A model generated the notes under the pieces. That model worked only from the letters and a program-made list of their open reading frames with translations. It did no database searches and was not told the origin of the DNA. DNA of 64,000 bases from Methanocellales archaeon. GTDB taxonomy: Archaea; Halobacteriota; JAWCLZ01. This document shows positions 46,881-58,076 of this stretch, piece by piece (positions within the stretch are counted from its first letter, which is position 1; each line of letters starts with the position of its first letter). Location: the NCBI GenBank assembly GCA_038850285.1, contig JAWCMA010000001.1, forward strand, positions 53,168 through 117,167, written 5' to 3'. Position numbers and translations under genes: made by a program.

Positions 46881-47972
46881 TCACCTCTTTACTTCCACCA
46901 TCTCAACGATTTTGTCAAAAAACCAAGAGGTATCTCTAGGTCCTGGTGAAGCCTCTGGGTGATATTGAACGCTTTCGATGGCAAGTTCTCTATTGCGCAT
47001 GCCTTCTATTGTGCCATCATTTGCATTGATCTGGGTAACTTCAAGACCAGTGCCAGCGAGCGTTTCTGGATTAACTGCATAGCCATGGTTTTGAGAAGTG
47101 ATGTATACAATACCACTTTCAAAATCCTTCACAGGCTGATTCGCTCCACGATGGCCAAATTTAAGTTTATAGGTAGCAGCACCGAGCGCTAGTGCTATAA
47201 TTTGATGCCCTAAACAAATGCCAAAGATAGGAAGTTTGCCTAAGAATTGCTTTACCACGCCTATAACATTTTTCACATTCACAGGATCCCCAGGGCCGTT
47301 GGAGATCAAAAGAGCATCTGGCTCAAATGCCTTGATTTCTTCATAGCTAGCTGTCGAGGGTACAACCACGAGGTCTAAGTTGCGCATCGCAAGATTTTTT
47401 ATTATATTTCTTTTAACCCCGCAGTCTAATACCACGAAACGCTTGCCCTCCCCTGGTATGCTATATGCCTGCTTGCAGGTTACCTCTCCCACGAGGTCGA
47501 AGGTTGGAAAAATTTTTTTAAGGTTTCTAGCTAGCTCTAAAGCTCTTTCCTCCTCTTTTTTACCCAGCTTTTCATCAACTATGAGTGCAGCTAGCATTGT
47601 TCCAAATTTTCTAGTTTTAATGGTAAGCATCCTAGTATCAACCTCGCACATCCCAGGTATGCCTTCGCTCTTGAGATATTCCTCTAGTGTTAGCTTAGAG
47701 AGATGGTGCGAGGGATGGTCGCAGATCTCGCGGACGACAAAGCCCTCTGCTTTTATTGAATCACTCTGGAGATTTACCTTGCTCACTCCATAATTTCCAA
47801 TTAAGGGATAGGTGAGCATGAGAATTTGACCATTATAACTGGGATCTGTCAAAGCCTCTTCATAACCAGTTATTGAAGTTGCAAAAACGAGTTCCCCTAG
47901 AGCAATACCTCGCGCTCCAAAGCCCGTGCCGTGCACAACTGTGCCATCTTCCAGTGCGAGTATTGCCTTCAT
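46881..47972 (-). CDS. carA: carbamoyl-phosphate synthase small subunit
   Basis: LEDG, TDPSY.GQI, SNGPGDP, GICLGHQ, HRG.N.PV, QNHG, QYHPE. Confidence 0.96.
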   Translation of the reverse strand: MKAILALEDGTVVHGTGFGARGIALGELVFATSITGYEEALTDPSYNGQILMLTYPLIGNYGVSKVNLQSDSIKAEGFVVREICDHPSHHLSKLTLEEYLKSEGIPGMCEVDTRMLTIKTRKFGTMLAALIVDEKLGKKEEERALELARNLKKIFPTFDLVGEVTCKQAYSIPGEGKRFVVLDCGVKRNIIKNLAMRNLDLVVVPSTASYEEIKAFEPDALLISNGPGDPVNVKNVIGVVKQFLGKLPIFGICLGHQIIALALGAATYKLKFGHRGANQPVKDFESGIVYITSQNHGYAVNPETLAGTGLEVTQINANDGTIEGMRNRELAIESVQYHPEASPGPRDTSWFFDKIVEMVEVKR

Positions 47973-48019
47973 TTGATTCTTGAGAATAATATAGAAACTA
48001 GGGTAAATATTTTACGATG

Positions 48020-48850
48020 CTATCTCGCTAGATCTTCAAACTCGCGCATAACAGCTTGAAAGCTTCCAGTTGCATTCACCACTGCGTAATCTAATTCAAA
48101 GTTAACTATATAATAGGTAAAGTTTCGAGGTTTAGCATAGAGCTCTCTTGATAGCAAGTTAGATTTAAATCCATTTAAATCACTTTCATTTGCACTTCTG
48201 TTTAGATGAAGCACTGCTTCGAATTGATAGCTATTTTTTCCAGCATAGCTGGTGCCTATGTAATAAGCATCGTAAACATAGGGAGCTTGAGTTCTAATAA
48301 GCGCGAAGTCTGCATTCAATCTAGATCGCGCCATCAGCGGGAGAAAGGTTTGATAAGCGGACCAGTTGGTGTTATTCAGCATTAAGTCCATAGTTTCATT
48401 TACCCTTCCCGAGAACCCAAAGATTATTGGCGAAGTTTCAGTTACTATAGCTAGTCCCTGTGGAGTGATCTTTACTTCTAAATCATGATAGCTATAAGTT
48501 GAGGTATAATTGAGCTTGACCTCTCTCTGGTTTACCTCATGAAGCTCAACCCAGCTTCGGTCAAGGTAATCCGCGATTAGAGCTTTGGTTACGATTGCAC
48601 GATACTGCTCATAGGGAGGAAGGGCTCCTAGATCTCTAATCAATCTCTCAAGCTCTGTACCTTTGATGTTCTCCACACTAGCGAATTGCACTAGAAACGG
48701 GGAACTTGGCACTAGCTTCAAAGCATTTTTCAATGTATTAAAATCTTTTTTTATGCGCACAGGTTCTTCAGTGGTGGTGAAGAAGGCAGCGAGCATCGAG
48801 AATATCATTATTATGATTAAAATTAGAGCTCCCATTTGTTTTGCTTTCAT
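48020..48850 (-). CDS. hypothetical secreted or membrane-anchored protein
   Basis: Basic then hydrophobic N-terminus; N-glycosylation sequons. Confidence 0.7.
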   Translation of the reverse strand: MKAKQMGALILIIIMIFSMLAAFFTTTEEPVRIKKDFNTLKNALKLVPSSPFLVQFASVENIKGTELERLIRDLGALPPYEQYRAIVTKALIADYLDRSWVELHEVNQREVKLNYTSTYSYHDLEVKITPQGLAIVTETSPIIFGFSGRVNETMDLMLNNTNWSAYQTFLPLMARSRLNADFALIRTQAPYVYDAYYIGTSYAGKNSYQFEAVLHLNRSANESDLNGFKSNLLSRELYAKPRNFTYYIVNFELDYAVVNATGSFQAVMREFEDLAR

Positions 48851-49037
48851 ATGGAAAGAATTGAGAGTGCTCTGGGATTTAAATTTATCCTATTAAAATT
48901 CAAATTTGATGCTGATAGTGGTATCCTAGAAGGAGAAATACATTACATACTGCTAGAGTGATAATGTTAACACCGATGCTCATTTAGGCGAAATGTTTAT
49001 CGTGGCTATGTATTTTATTACTTCCTAGGTGGGTAAG

Positions 49038-49400
49038 ATGAATCAATCAGATCCGATAGAGGAACTCTACAGAAAGTTTACAGTTGAATTTGGCGGACCA
49101 AACATTTTTTCGAGAAAAGCCACTAGGGAAAAATACCTCAAAGAAGCCATTAAGCTGGGATACAGCGCTTGCGAGAGTGAAATTGCAAATCTTAAAAGGG
49201 CAATTTCAGAGCTTGAGGGAAAAATTTCGAGTATTTCAAAGCCTGCAATCTCTCCCCGGGAATACAATCTTGAAATTGAAGCAAAATATCATAAAGCTCG
49301 AGCGGAAAATCTACTTGATGCTTTAATAAAAACTATAAGGGAGTATGAGAAGGTGATTGCTGATTTGCAAGATGAAATTGTTAAATTGCATGGTTATTAA
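49038..49400 (+). CDS. hypothetical coiled-coil protein
   Basis: About 120 aa with heptad repeats; AGGTGG upstream. Confidence 0.6.
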   Translation: MNQSDPIEELYRKFTVEFGGPNIFSRKATREKYLKEAIKLGYSACESEIANLKRAISELEGKISSISKPAISPREYNLEIEAKYHKARAENLLDALIKTIREYEKVIADLQDEIVKLHGY

Positions 49401-49408
49401 AAGCTTAC

Positions 49409-49440
49409 TGATTATTGATTATTGATTATTGATTATTGAT
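49409..49440. repeat. 7-bp tandem repeat TGATTAT x4.5
   Basis: Read directly from the sequence. Confidence 0.85.
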
Positions 49441-49528
49441 TTACTCACAATAATTTCTAGTGTTTACAGATATATAGATAGTAAGATATAAGTAGGAGCT
49501 AATTGCGATGATCAATCAGTGAAAAAAT

Positions 49529-49861
49529 GTGAGCATTAGATCGATTTTTTACCTAATTGTAGGTTTTCTTTTGCTCAGCGGATGCATAGGTGGAGATAGA
49601 ATTGGTGATATTCTTAAGAAGCCCGAGGAGTACAGTGGGAAGATGGTGAACCTCAGAGGAGAGGTGACGGAGGTATTCTCGATTCCTCTCGTCTCCCAAG
49701 GAGCTTATAAGTTGGATGATGGCAGCGGGAGCATTTGGATTATAACCGAGAGCGGCACACCTGCAAAGGGCAAAACCGTTTCAGTAAAGGGAACGGTAAA
49801 AACCGCGTTCGTATTAGGTGGAATAAGAGGAACCGTGGTTATAGAAGAAAGCAGGAGTTAA
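49529..49861 (+). CDS. OB-fold lipoprotein
   Basis: LLLSGC lipobox; I.DIL..P..Y.GK.V...G.V; Y.LDDGSG.IW. Confidence 0.8.
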   Translation: MSIRSIFYLIVGFLLLSGCIGGDRIGDILKKPEEYSGKMVNLRGEVTEVFSIPLVSQGAYKLDDGSGSIWIITESGTPAKGKTVSVKGTVKTAFVLGGIRGTVVIEESRS

Positions 49862-49989
49862 AGGTAATCTCAGCTTTTATGAACTCTTGCATTAGCTTCT
49901 TCGACCACAATGCAAGTTCTATTTATCCTCAAAAGTTCAAGCTTTAATGCTCTGCATTTATTTCCAAAGAGCCCGAAATTTCGAGTGCC

Positions 49990-51174
49990 TTAGAAGTCTG
50001 TCATTACTCTGAATTGATCGATTTCTTCTTTCAATAGCTTGAGGAACTGCCTAGCGCTGCCTTCTACATCCTTTGCATTTGTTATTGCTCTACCAACTAT
50101 TATGATATCCGCCCCTCCTTCGATCGCTTCCTTTGCATTCTCCGCCTTTATTCCCCCTGCTACAGCTACTAAGATTTTTTCAGAGATTTTTTTCACTTCC
50201 TCTATGTTCCATTTATGCTTTGCAGCCTTTGGCTCTAGGTCTATTGCTCTATGGAGCTCAACCACTTCTGGTTTATTGCTTAAGCTTTTAAGCAGAGATA
50301 TTGGGTCGTTTACGTTTAGCATATCTATAACTGCATATATACCGGTTTTTTTCGCCTCAGCTATCGCCTTTTCAATGGTTGCAATTGGAGCGAGTCCAGA
50401 AACCACTACGGCATCTGCGCCTTCGTCTGCTGCAATTCTAACCTCAAGATTGCCAGTATCAAGGGTTTTTAAATCAGCTACTATGAAAACGCTGGGATTG
50501 ATTTCGCGGATTTTTTGTATTATTCCCAATCCATAGCGCTTAATCAAAGGCGTTCCTGCTTCTATGATTAAATGATCGGTTCTCGGTAGCTGCTTTACTA
50601 CGCTGAGCATTTGTTCTAGATTTGGAATATCAAGGGCGACTTGTAGATATGGGGGGTCGAAGAGCTTTGTTACGTGTCTATAACCCATTACTGGATGTAG
50701 AGATCTATCCTTCTCATATAGTACTTTTTCTATAGATGGGAAGCCTTCCATTGCGCGCTGAATAGCAAGTTTTGTGGCACCATAGTTGTAGCGATAGATC
50801 TTGCTGTAATCTTTTGCCTCTGGATGGATGAATACACTGACCACAACCACCCAGTCTTCGACTCTATCTCTAGGTATTATGCCTTCTTCAACTGCATCTG
50901 CAACTGCTTTGGCTACTGCGCTTTGAGCTGGACCGAAAATTTGAGCTGCTTGTTCCATGTTTTTAATTGTTACTTTAGGCACCACTAAAGTCGCGGGTTT
51001 GGTAGGTAGATTTGGGCGGATGACAGCGAGCATTGGAGTGTGGCCCGCTGAAAGGTGGGCCAGTCCACTTGCAAATGCTTTGCCAACCGGCCCTTTTTTC
51101 TCCCCTATAATTAAATCGATATGTGCAATTTCAGGCTCGCTACCAATAAGTGCTTCACCTATTAAGTACAACAT
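49990..51174 (-). CDS. fae-hps: bifunctional formaldehyde-activating enzyme / hexulose-6-phosphate synthase
   Basis: [59 protein letters not shown]. Confidence 0.95.
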   Translation of the reverse strand: MLYLIGEALIGSEPEIAHIDLIIGEKKGPVGKAFASGLAHLSAGHTPMLAVIRPNLPTKPATLVVPKVTIKNMEQAAQIFGPAQSAVAKAVADAVEEGIIPRDRVEDWVVVVSVFIHPEAKDYSKIYRYNYGATKLAIQRAMEGFPSIEKVLYEKDRSLHPVMGYRHVTKLFDPPYLQVALDIPNLEQMLSVVKQLPRTDHLIIEAGTPLIKRYGLGIIQKIREINPSVFIVADLKTLDTGNLEVRIAADEGADAVVVSGLAPIATIEKAIAEAKKTGIYAVIDMLNVNDPISLLKSLSNKPEVVELHRAIDLEPKAAKHKWNIEEVKKISEKILVAVAGGIKAENAKEAIEGGADIIIVGRAITNAKDVEGSARQFLKLLKEEIDQFRVMTDF

Positions 51175-51221
51175 TAGCACCTCTTTTCTCTTTTAAATGT
51201 GCTTCTTTATTATAAAGTTGA

Positions 51222-51683
51222 TCACGCTGTTTTCCGCTTTAGGATCACTTCGAGCACGCCATTCTTGAAACTCTGCTTCATGCTTTTAGTATCAACTTCC
51301 GCTGGTAGTTCAATTTTTTCATAGAGATTTAATTCATTTATAGTGCGAATCTCCAACTCCCTATCGCTTAAGTATAGTTCAACTTCATCCTGCTTTGTTC
51401 CATTTAAATCCGCCACCACGTGGATTTCATCGCCTATTTCAAAGACATCAATTAGAATTCTAGGTTTGCCCTCGCTGACTTCAATTTTTCTCCTCTTTCC
51501 AGTCCTTTTTTCAGGTGGAAAATGATATGGCTCTATTTCTCCCCAGTCCTCGAAGTAGCTTTCAAATTCCCTTAGATAATTACTCATGAATCGGTTGAAG
51601 ATTTCTTCGAATTCATCGATTTCTTCGAATTCATCGAATTCATCGAATTCATCGAATTCATCGAATGATTTCCTTTTCTTCAA
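51222..51683 (-). CDS. hsp20: small heat shock protein Hsp20
   Basis: [21 protein letters not shown]; TTG start at 51683; N-terminal DEF repeats. Confidence 0.88.
   Translation of the reverse strand: MKKRKSFDEFDEFDEFDEFEEIDEFEEIFNRFMSNYLREFESYFEDWGEIEPYHFPPEKRTGKRRKIEVSEGKPRILIDVFEIGDEIHVVADLNGTKQDEVELYLSDRELEIRTINELNLYEKIELPAEVDTKSMKQSFKNGVLEVILKRKTA
51598..51666 (-). repeat. 9-bp in-frame repeat (TTCGATGAA variants) encoding FDE/FEE
   Basis: Read directly; spans the cdc48 stop. Confidence 0.8.
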
Positions 51684-53904
51684 GTTCTTCCCCCGTGATT
51701 GTTGCAAATTTTGCAAATTCCTCTGATAATCGCTCATACTGCTTTAGTGCATCTCTAGAGGTAGTTGGTTTAACTCGCTTGAGTGCTTCTTCTAGATGTT
51801 TCTTATAGATTTTTAGATATTGAGCGTGCTCCTTCACTTCTTCTCTGCTCATCCCTAGCTTAATTAGCTCTCGAAGTGCTAGCATTGCAGCTTCTCTGCA
51901 AATAGCCTCGAGATCCGCTCCTACATAGCCCTCGGTTTTCTCTGCAAGCTCGTTGATATTAACATCATCTGCTAAAGGCTTGCCTTTTAAGTGTATTTTG
52001 AAGATTTCTTCCCGCTCCTTCTTACCTGGAGGGGGGATGTAGATCAATCGGTCGAATCTGCCTGGGCGGAGAAGCGCTGTATCTATTAGATCAGGGCGAT
52101 TTGAGGCTGCAAGTACAACTACATCCTTGAGTTCCTCCATCCCATCGAGTTCAGTTAATATCTGGCTAACAACTCGCTCGGTTACGTGGGAATCGAAGCT
52201 TGAAGCACTCCGCTGCGGTGCTATGGCATCGAGTTCGTCAAAGAAGATAATTGCGGGAGCACTCTGTCTTGCTTTTCTAAATGTTTCTCTCACTGCTCTC
52301 TCGCTTTCACCAACATATTTGCTTAATAGTTCAGGGCCCTTTATGCTTATGAAGTTTGCCTCGGTTTTACTTGCCACTGCTTTAGCGAGAAGTGTTTTCC
52401 CAGTTCCAGGGGGACCGAAGAGAAGTATTCCTCTAGGGGGCTTGGTTTTTATGGCTTCAAATGCCTCTGGATATTTAAGCGGCCATTCCACAGCTTCTCT
52501 GAGTTCTTGCTTCGCCTTTTCCAAGCCGCCGACGTCCTCCCAGTCTACATCTGGGACTTCTATGAATACTTCTCTCATTGCACTTGGCTCTATATTCTTA
52601 AGCGCTTCGAGGAAGTGTTTGTTCTTCACCTTGAGTTTTTCAAGTACTTCCTGCGGGATTTCTTCTTCCATTTTAATCTTAGGCAGTATTTCTCGCAGTG
52701 CGTGCATCGCTGCTTCTTTGCAGAGGGCAGCTATATCTGCACCTACGAAGCCATGGGTTACATCAGCTAGATGCCCTAGGTCGATGTCTTTTGCAAGGGG
52801 CATCCCTCGAGTATGCACTTGCAGTATTTCCAAGCGGCCATTTCGATCTGGCACGCCTATTTCGATTTCACGGTCGAACCTACCTGGTCTGCGGAGCGCG
52901 GGATCCACGGCGTTTGGCCTATTCGTTGCTCCTATCACTACCACTTGGCCTCTTGATTTCAAGCCGTCCATTAGCGAGAGAAGCTGGGCCACCACTCTTC
53001 TCTCCACCTCTCCAGTTACCTCTTCTCGCTTTGGAGCTATTGAATCGATTTCATCTATGAATATAATCGCAGGAGCATTCTCCTCAGCTTCTTTGAAGAT
53101 ATCGCGAAGCTGTTTTTCGCTCTCTCCATAATACTTCGACATTATCTCAGGACCGCTAAGGGAGATGAAGTGAGCATCGGTTTCATTTGCCACTGCCTTG
53201 GCAATTAGGGTTTTCCCTGTGCCAGGTGGTCCATGTAGCAGTACTCCTTTGGGAGGCTCCACTCCAAGCTTTTGAAAGATCTCAGGATGCCTCAGAGGAA
53301 GCTCGATCATTTCTCTTATTAATCCGATTTCACGTTTTAAGCCACCTATATCTTCATATGAAACGTGGGTAATTTTTTTCTCTACTTCTTCCACTGGTCT
53401 TTCTTTTAAAACAATCTGGGTATCTCTAGTTGCGATCACTGTTCCCGCGGGTTGAGTTGCAGTTACGATGAAGGTAAGTGGATTTCCAAGCATTTCCACT
53501 CGCAGCTTCTGGCCCTTGAAAACTGGTCTGCCCTCTAAGATTCTCAGGATATATTGCTCTCCGCCTACTATTCTCACTGGCTGCGTTGGGGCTATTGTAA
53601 TTTTAACCGCTGGCTGGGCTTCAACTTTTCGAACGGTAACTAGATCATCGATTCCAACTTTGGCATTGCTTCTGGTATTTCCATCTATCCGGATTATCCC
53701 CTTTCCAGCATCCTCTGGGTAACCTGGCCATACGATAGCACTTGCTTTATCTTTTCCCTCTATTTCCACTATATCACCGCTTACTAGGCTGAGTTTTTGC
53801 ATTGTTTCCATGTCTATTCTTGCTATACCTCTACCTGCATCGCGATGATATGCCTCGGCAACTCTAAGCTGCACTTCTTTCTTTTCTTTCTCTGCCATTT
53901 TCAT
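51658..53904 (-). CDS. cdc48: Cdc48/VCP-like AAA+ ATPase
   Basis: N domain and two AAA modules (GPPGTGKT x2, IDEID/FDELD, RPGRFDR x2). Confidence 0.96.
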   Translation of the reverse strand: MKMAEKEKKEVQLRVAEAYHRDAGRGIARIDMETMQKLSLVSGDIVEIEGKDKASAIVWPGYPEDAGKGIIRIDGNTRSNAKVGIDDLVTVRKVEAQPAVKITIAPTQPVRIVGGEQYILRILEGRPVFKGQKLRVEMLGNPLTFIVTATQPAGTVIATRDTQIVLKERPVEEVEKKITHVSYEDIGGLKREIGLIREMIELPLRHPEIFQKLGVEPPKGVLLHGPPGTGKTLIAKAVANETDAHFISLSGPEIMSKYYGESEKQLRDIFKEAEENAPAIIFIDEIDSIAPKREEVTGEVERRVVAQLLSLMDGLKSRGQVVVIGATNRPNAVDPALRRPGRFDREIEIGVPDRNGRLEILQVHTRGMPLAKDIDLGHLADVTHGFVGADIAALCKEAAMHALREILPKIKMEEEIPQEVLEKLKVKNKHFLEALKNIEPSAMREVFIEVPDVDWEDVGGLEKAKQELREAVEWPLKYPEAFEAIKTKPPRGILLFGPPGTGKTLLAKAVASKTEANFISIKGPELLSKYVGESERAVRETFRKARQSAPAIIFFDELDAIAPQRSASSFDSHVTERVVSQILTELDGMEELKDVVVLAASNRPDLIDTALLRPGRFDRLIYIPPPGKKEREEIFKIHLKGKPLADDVNINELAEKTEGYVGADLEAICREAAMLALRELIKLGMSREEVKEHAQYLKIYKKHLEEALKRVKPTTSRDALKQYERLSEEFAKFATITGEELEEKEIIR

Positions 53905-54611
53905 TCCTCCAAATTTATGTACCAAACTTCCTTTCCATTCTCGATTTTATTGATCACCATTCCTCTTTTCCTCATTTTTTCAAGCTGTTCAACTACATCC
54001 TCGTGAGGCACATTTATCTCTCGAGCTATTTTCTCAAGGGTTGCATTTTCTTCTCTGAATAGCAGCATTAAAATTTCTGCTTCAAGGTAATCTGTAGCAA
54101 TTTCTCCAATTGCTTTAACACCTCTCTCGGTAACCTCGGTTAGCATTGCTTGGGTGCAGCGCTGTACTAGACTTAAATCTCTATAAAATGCGCGCAGGTG
54201 ATAGAATTCCTCTCGCAGTTCTTTCAAGCTCTTTCGCTCCTCAGCGCTGAAGTATTCCAGTACACCCTGGAAGTTCCGCAGTGCACTTTCAAAGATATCG
54301 CGATATTTCCGCGGAAATTCTTCTTCACTGAAGTTGAGAGCGATTGAGCTGAATTCAAATAAATAGGGTGAGAGTATTATTTCTAAATGGAAATCCTCTG
54401 AAATTTGGAAGTATTTTCGCCTCTGCTCATCTATATATGCTTCTATTAATCCAGCTTGCTCTAGCTTGCTTAAGTGCTCCAGCACTGCCTTTGGACCTAT
54501 TTCAAGTCTTTCCACTAGCTCGCTGACATAGCAAGGCCTAATTGAGAGCAATCGCAGGATTCTACGTCGATTCACGTTTCCTAGTAAATCAAGTAACTCC
54601 TCGCTATTCAT
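53901..54611 (-). CDS. ArsR-type heat-shock regulator (HSR1/Phr family)
   Basis: [19 protein letters not shown]...HL..LE.AGL...RKYF; first gene before cdc48-hsp20. Confidence 0.85.
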   Translation of the reverse strand: MNSEELLDLLGNVNRRRILRLLSIRPCYVSELVERLEIGPKAVLEHLSKLEQAGLIEAYIDEQRRKYFQISEDFHLEIILSPYLFEFSSIALNFSEEEFPRKYRDIFESALRNFQGVLEYFSAEERKSLKELREEFYHLRAFYRDLSLVQRCTQAMLTEVTERGVKAIGEIATDYLEAEILMLLFREENATLEKIAREINVPHEDVVEQLEKMRKRGMVINKIENGKEVWYINLEE

Positions 54612-54612
54612 A

Positions 54613-54660
54613 TTAACCTCAAGTTACTAACCTTAAGTTAGTAAAAAAGTAATATATAAA
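54613..54660 (-). promoter_or_regulatory. heat-shock operon promoter with HSR1-type operator CTAAC-N5-GTTAG and TATA box
   Basis: TTACTAAC-CTTAA-GTTAGTAA at 54624-54644; second site TTAAC-N5-GTTAC at 54613-54627; TTTATATA on the minus strand at 54653-54660. Confidence 0.85.
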
Positions 54661-54666
54661 TATTTC

Positions 54667-54704
54667 GCTTATTGCTTATTGGCTTATTGGCTTATTGGCT
54701 TATT
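54667..54704. repeat. 7-8 bp tandem repeat GCTTATT(G) x5
   Basis: Read directly from the sequence. Confidence 0.85.
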
Positions 54705-54757
54705 TTATTGTTTTTTTATGCAGTTTATATAAACCTTGGCAGCGAACATAGAATTAA

Positions 54758-55447
54758 ATGTTTCGAGTTATATTGGCACTTGATCTAATGAATGGAATCG
54801 CAGTCCATGCAATTCGAGGCGAGCGCCATTTATATAGACCACTTAAGAGCCAGATCTGCGACTCCTCAAATCCAAGGGAGATAATAGCTATGCTTAACCC
54901 GCGGGAAGTCTATATCGCTGACTTAGATAGAATCACTAGAACTGGGGATAATCTTGAGGTAATTAAAGAAATTTCGAAGCAATGCAGTGCAATGGTGGAT
55001 GTGGGAATCAGAAGCTATGGAGAATTAATTGAAGCTAAGAAACTAACTCTCAAGCTAGTTCTGGGAACTGAAACTGCAAATTTGAAGCTCATTAAAGCTG
55101 CAGCTGAATATGAGGTTGCGGTAAGTATAGATATAAAGAAAAACAAACTCCTGAGTCTAGATCCAGATCTGCCAAGTTCTCCAGTTGAAGCTGCTAAAAT
55201 AATCAGTGAAATGGGCATAGCAGAACTCATCGTTCTAAATCTAGATAGAGTAGGCACAGCATCCGGTATAGATTTGACGCTTCTAAAGCAAATCATAGCT
55301 CAAGTAAGGGGGAAAAGCAGAATAATAGCTGGCGGTGGAGTTAGAAATGAAGCGGATTTAAAAAATCTAGAGAAAATAGGAGTAAATGGAGCAATCGTTG
55401 CAACTGCAATACACAGTGGAAGTATTCCTAGGGAGAGACTGCGCTAA
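54758..55447 (+). CDS. HisA/HisF-related TIM barrel (MJ0703-like, linked to C1 cofactor biosynthesis)
   Basis: LDL..G.AVHA..GER..Y.PL.S, YIADLD.I, LGTET, L.RVGT..G, GGGVR. Confidence 0.85.
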   Translation: MFRVILALDLMNGIAVHAIRGERHLYRPLKSQICDSSNPREIIAMLNPREVYIADLDRITRTGDNLEVIKEISKQCSAMVDVGIRSYGELIEAKKLTLKLVLGTETANLKLIKAAAEYEVAVSIDIKKNKLLSLDPDLPSSPVEAAKIISEMGIAELIVLNLDRVGTASGIDLTLLKQIIAQVRGKSRIIAGGGVRNEADLKNLEKIGVNGAIVATAIHSGSIPRERLR

Positions 55448-56217
55448 AATTTTATACTCAATTCTTCACTGGCAAGTGCTCTTAGCCTTTGATCGATTTC
55501 TAGAACTCCAAGCTGTAGATTTTTATTATTATCAAAATCTCTGGCAATTCTCCCCAGTTCAACCTCGCTCAAGTTCCTCAATTCTTCTATGGCTTTAATT
55601 AAATTGGGCACTGCTCTAGTGATATTATCCACAATGGTAATGGTAGCAGTTCTAGCGGTTCGACATAGTGGATTTAAATCCACTGCTATAACCTTTTTAC
55701 CCATCTTAACAAGAGCCTCACAGCGGTCTCCATCTTCAAGCGGTACAAAAACTACGTCCGCGGAATAAATTCCTTGGCTATCGACCTTTGCTCTTTCATG
55801 CGATATACCTGGAATTCTCGCATCCGCTTTAGCGCCGAGAACTATGGAAGCGCCTCGCTTTTTCAAGTCTTCCATTATCCTCTCAACCCTCTCATCAGTG
55901 CGGTGGAAAAGGTTTACTTCGATGGGTGCATTCAATAGCTTGGAGAGCATTACAAGTTCACTGCCTGCAAGTGCAGCTGCATTGCCATTAACCGAGATAA
56001 CAGGTTTCTTAGCTGTTAAGAGCTGTGCAGCAGCTGCCTTTGTTGCTTGCTTAGCACTCTCAATTGTTTTCTCTCCGAGGATGTAGTCAAATGCCTCCCC
56101 TCTCCCCTGTGCAATTAATCCTTGAATGCTCGCTATTCCCTTTTGATAGCCCTCCACCAGCTTCTCTCGAGTAACAAGTGACGCATAGCGCGGGTGGTCT
56201 TTAGGAATTTCAGTCAT
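55444..56217 (-). CDS. pps: phosphopantothenate synthetase (4-phosphopantoate--beta-alanine ligase)
   Basis: IP.DHPRY.SL..RE, GRGEAFDY.LGE, SVNGN, EVNLFHR, VPLEDGDR, DLNPL. Confidence 0.93.
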   Translation of the reverse strand: MTEIPKDHPRYASLVTREKLVEGYQKGIASIQGLIAQGRGEAFDYILGEKTIESAKQATKAAAAQLLTAKKPVISVNGNAAALAGSELVMLSKLLNAPIEVNLFHRTDERVERIMEDLKKRGASIVLGAKADARIPGISHERAKVDSQGIYSADVVFVPLEDGDRCEALVKMGKKVIAVDLNPLCRTARTATITIVDNITRAVPNLIKAIEELRNLSEVELGRIARDFDNNKNLQLGVLEIDQRLRALASEELSIKF

Positions 56218-56270
56218 GCAGCATTACCTATACAGCATAAGGGATAAATATTAATTTTAAGCGAATTACT

Positions 56271-56510
56271 TTATTTGCTTATTTGCTGGCAAAACATTGT
56301 TTCAGAGGCCTTGACATTTGGAGTTGCTCGAATCTTGTCGTAAACTATATTGATAATTTCATCAGAGTTTTTGGCTTCTATTCTCGCAACCACATCATAT
56401 CTACCTGTAACTAGGCAAACTGCAGTAACTCCTTCAATCTTAGCAAGTTTCTTGGCAACTTCTCTATCTTTCCCAGGCTCGGTATTGATCAAACTCAGGG
56501 CTAAAACCAT
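56271..56510 (-). CDS. stand-alone Lrp/AsnC ligand-binding (RAM) domain protein
   Basis: LIN.EPG, V.G.YD, KIR....V..SET. Confidence 0.85.
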   Translation of the reverse strand: MVLALSLINTEPGKDREVAKKLAKIEGVTAVCLVTGRYDVVARIEAKNSDEIINIVYDKIRATPNVKASETMFCQQISK

Positions 56511-56559
56511 TGCTTCACCTCCAAGAATTCTTAATACTTGAAATTACAAAAACCTTGCC

Positions 56560-57648
56560 CTAAGGAATAGACCCAAAAGGTGCAGGGGTGAAGCAAAGCG
56601 CTCCTAATATTAAAATCACAGCAGCTAGAAATAGTCTTTTTTTATCAAGTTTTGCGGTATCATCAAGGGGAGAGGGATGCTCTGCAGAAGCGAATAGAGA
56701 GGTGAAAAAACCCCAGAAGATCCAGATGAAGCCATTTGCATTCATTCCATATAGCACGTAGATTCCAAAGACCATGAGTAAAAATGGAACCGCCATTGAA
56801 AGATATTTAAATTTTCTGCCCATTATTGAGCGCATTATATGCCCGCCATCTAATTGACCAGCTGGTAATAAATTGAAAACAGTTACAATCATCCCAACCC
56901 AACCTGCGAATGCCACTGGATGCATTATGGTTTGCTCAGATAGCTTAACATTTGAAATACTTGCAATTGCCTCGAATAGAAAGGGAGTATCTATTTCAAT
57001 ATATTGAGCATCCTCCTGTGAAAGAGCTATTGGAGGTAATGAGAGGCCAATTGCAGTTACAATTATCGAAGCAATTATTCCCAGCAATGGACCAGCTATA
57101 CCCACATCGAAGAGGGTTTTTCGATCGGGAATTGGACTCCTTTGCTTGATCACTGCTCCAAGCGTGCCAATTACTGAGGGAAATGGAATGAAATATGGTA
57201 GCGAGGTTTGCACTCCACGTTTCCTGCTAACGATGTAGTGTCCAAATTCATGAGCGCCAAGTACACTCATAATTGCAATGGTGAAGGGCAAGCCTTTAAA
57301 TACATTTAAAGGGTCTTGAAATGGATTAACTCCAAACATAGTAGAACCCATAAACATTGTGGAGAAAAAAGTTGCAATTGCTAGCAATATATTTAATGAG
57401 CTACCTTCTGCGGGATAAACTGCTTTGGTGACAATGATTAAGTTCTCGCCAAGTCTATGTGTAAGCATGATTTGATAGCCATATCTAGAAAAACTCCCCC
57501 AGAGCCTTTGATAAGCTGTAACTTGATCAACAAGTGGATCGCCAAAAATATAAATTTGGTCTCCTTCGGGTGATTGTGTAATTTCATAGATGCGAAATAC
57601 TTCACTTACCTTGGATATCAACTCAATAGGCAAAACCTGCTTATTCAT
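56560..57648 (-). CDS. site-2 protease (M50 family)
   Basis: HEFGH, LPYFIP, AGPL.G, NLLPAGQLDGGH. Confidence 0.92.
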   Translation of the reverse strand: MNKQVLPIELISKVSEVFRIYEITQSPEGDQIYIFGDPLVDQVTAYQRLWGSFSRYGYQIMLTHRLGENLIIVTKAVYPAEGSSLNILLAIATFFSTMFMGSTMFGVNPFQDPLNVFKGLPFTIAIMSVLGAHEFGHYIVSRKRGVQTSLPYFIPFPSVIGTLGAVIKQRSPIPDRKTLFDVGIAGPLLGIIASIIVTAIGLSLPPIALSQEDAQYIEIDTPFLFEAIASISNVKLSEQTIMHPVAFAGWVGMIVTVFNLLPAGQLDGGHIMRSIMGRKFKYLSMAVPFLLMVFGIYVLYGMNANGFIWIFWGFFTSLFASAEHPSPLDDTAKLDKKRLFLAAVILILGALCFTPAPFGSIP

Positions 57649-57677
57649 TTTTATTTTTCCATTTCCATTTCCATTCC

Positions 57678-58076
57678 TTATATCATATCTATATATCCAT
57701 CTGTTCCATTTACAAATATAAGTGCATTATTCTTAACCACCTCTAGCGGGTCGATCTCAAGAGAGTCCACAGCTGGAATGCCTGCTAGGATCGCACCCAC
57801 AGCTATAACTGCCTCGCACTTCCTATTCACTATAGCAGCTGGGGCTGCGCGATTTTGCTTCAGCTGATAAAGCACATATGAGCCCACGGTTGAGCCTTTT
57901 CCATGGGGGAAAATCAAAACTCTATTTTTTATAGTTTTTCCATAAAGCTCGTGTTCCCTTTCAATTATCCTCCCAGTTTTCGGATCAACGCTGCCTAGGA
58001 ATGATATGGGCTCTTTAGTTACAATTGCTCTTCCTAGAGCACTTCCCTTTGATATACCTCTTCCTTTAATTCTCAT
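57678..58076 (-). CDS. aconitase X swivel subunit (DUF126), phosphomevalonate dehydratase small subunit
   Basis: ISFLG.VDP.TG, KGSTVGSY. Confidence 0.9.
   Translation of the reverse strand: MRIKGRGISKGSALGRAIVTKEPISFLGSVDPKTGRIIEREHELYGKTIKNRVLIFPHGKGSTVGSYVLYQLKQNRAAPAAIVNRKCEAVIAVGAILAGIPAVDSLEIDPLEVVKNNALIFVNGTDGYIDMI

Noticed and set aside
48851-49037. Possible C/D box sRNA in the intergenic gap
   Set aside because: No convincing paired C and D boxes or terminal stem found by eye
52127-53131. 334-aa plus-strand ORF and similar antisense ORFs (e.g. 3126-4403, 50039-50536, 46507-46962)
   Set aside because: They shadow well-conserved genes on the opposite strand and show no motifs
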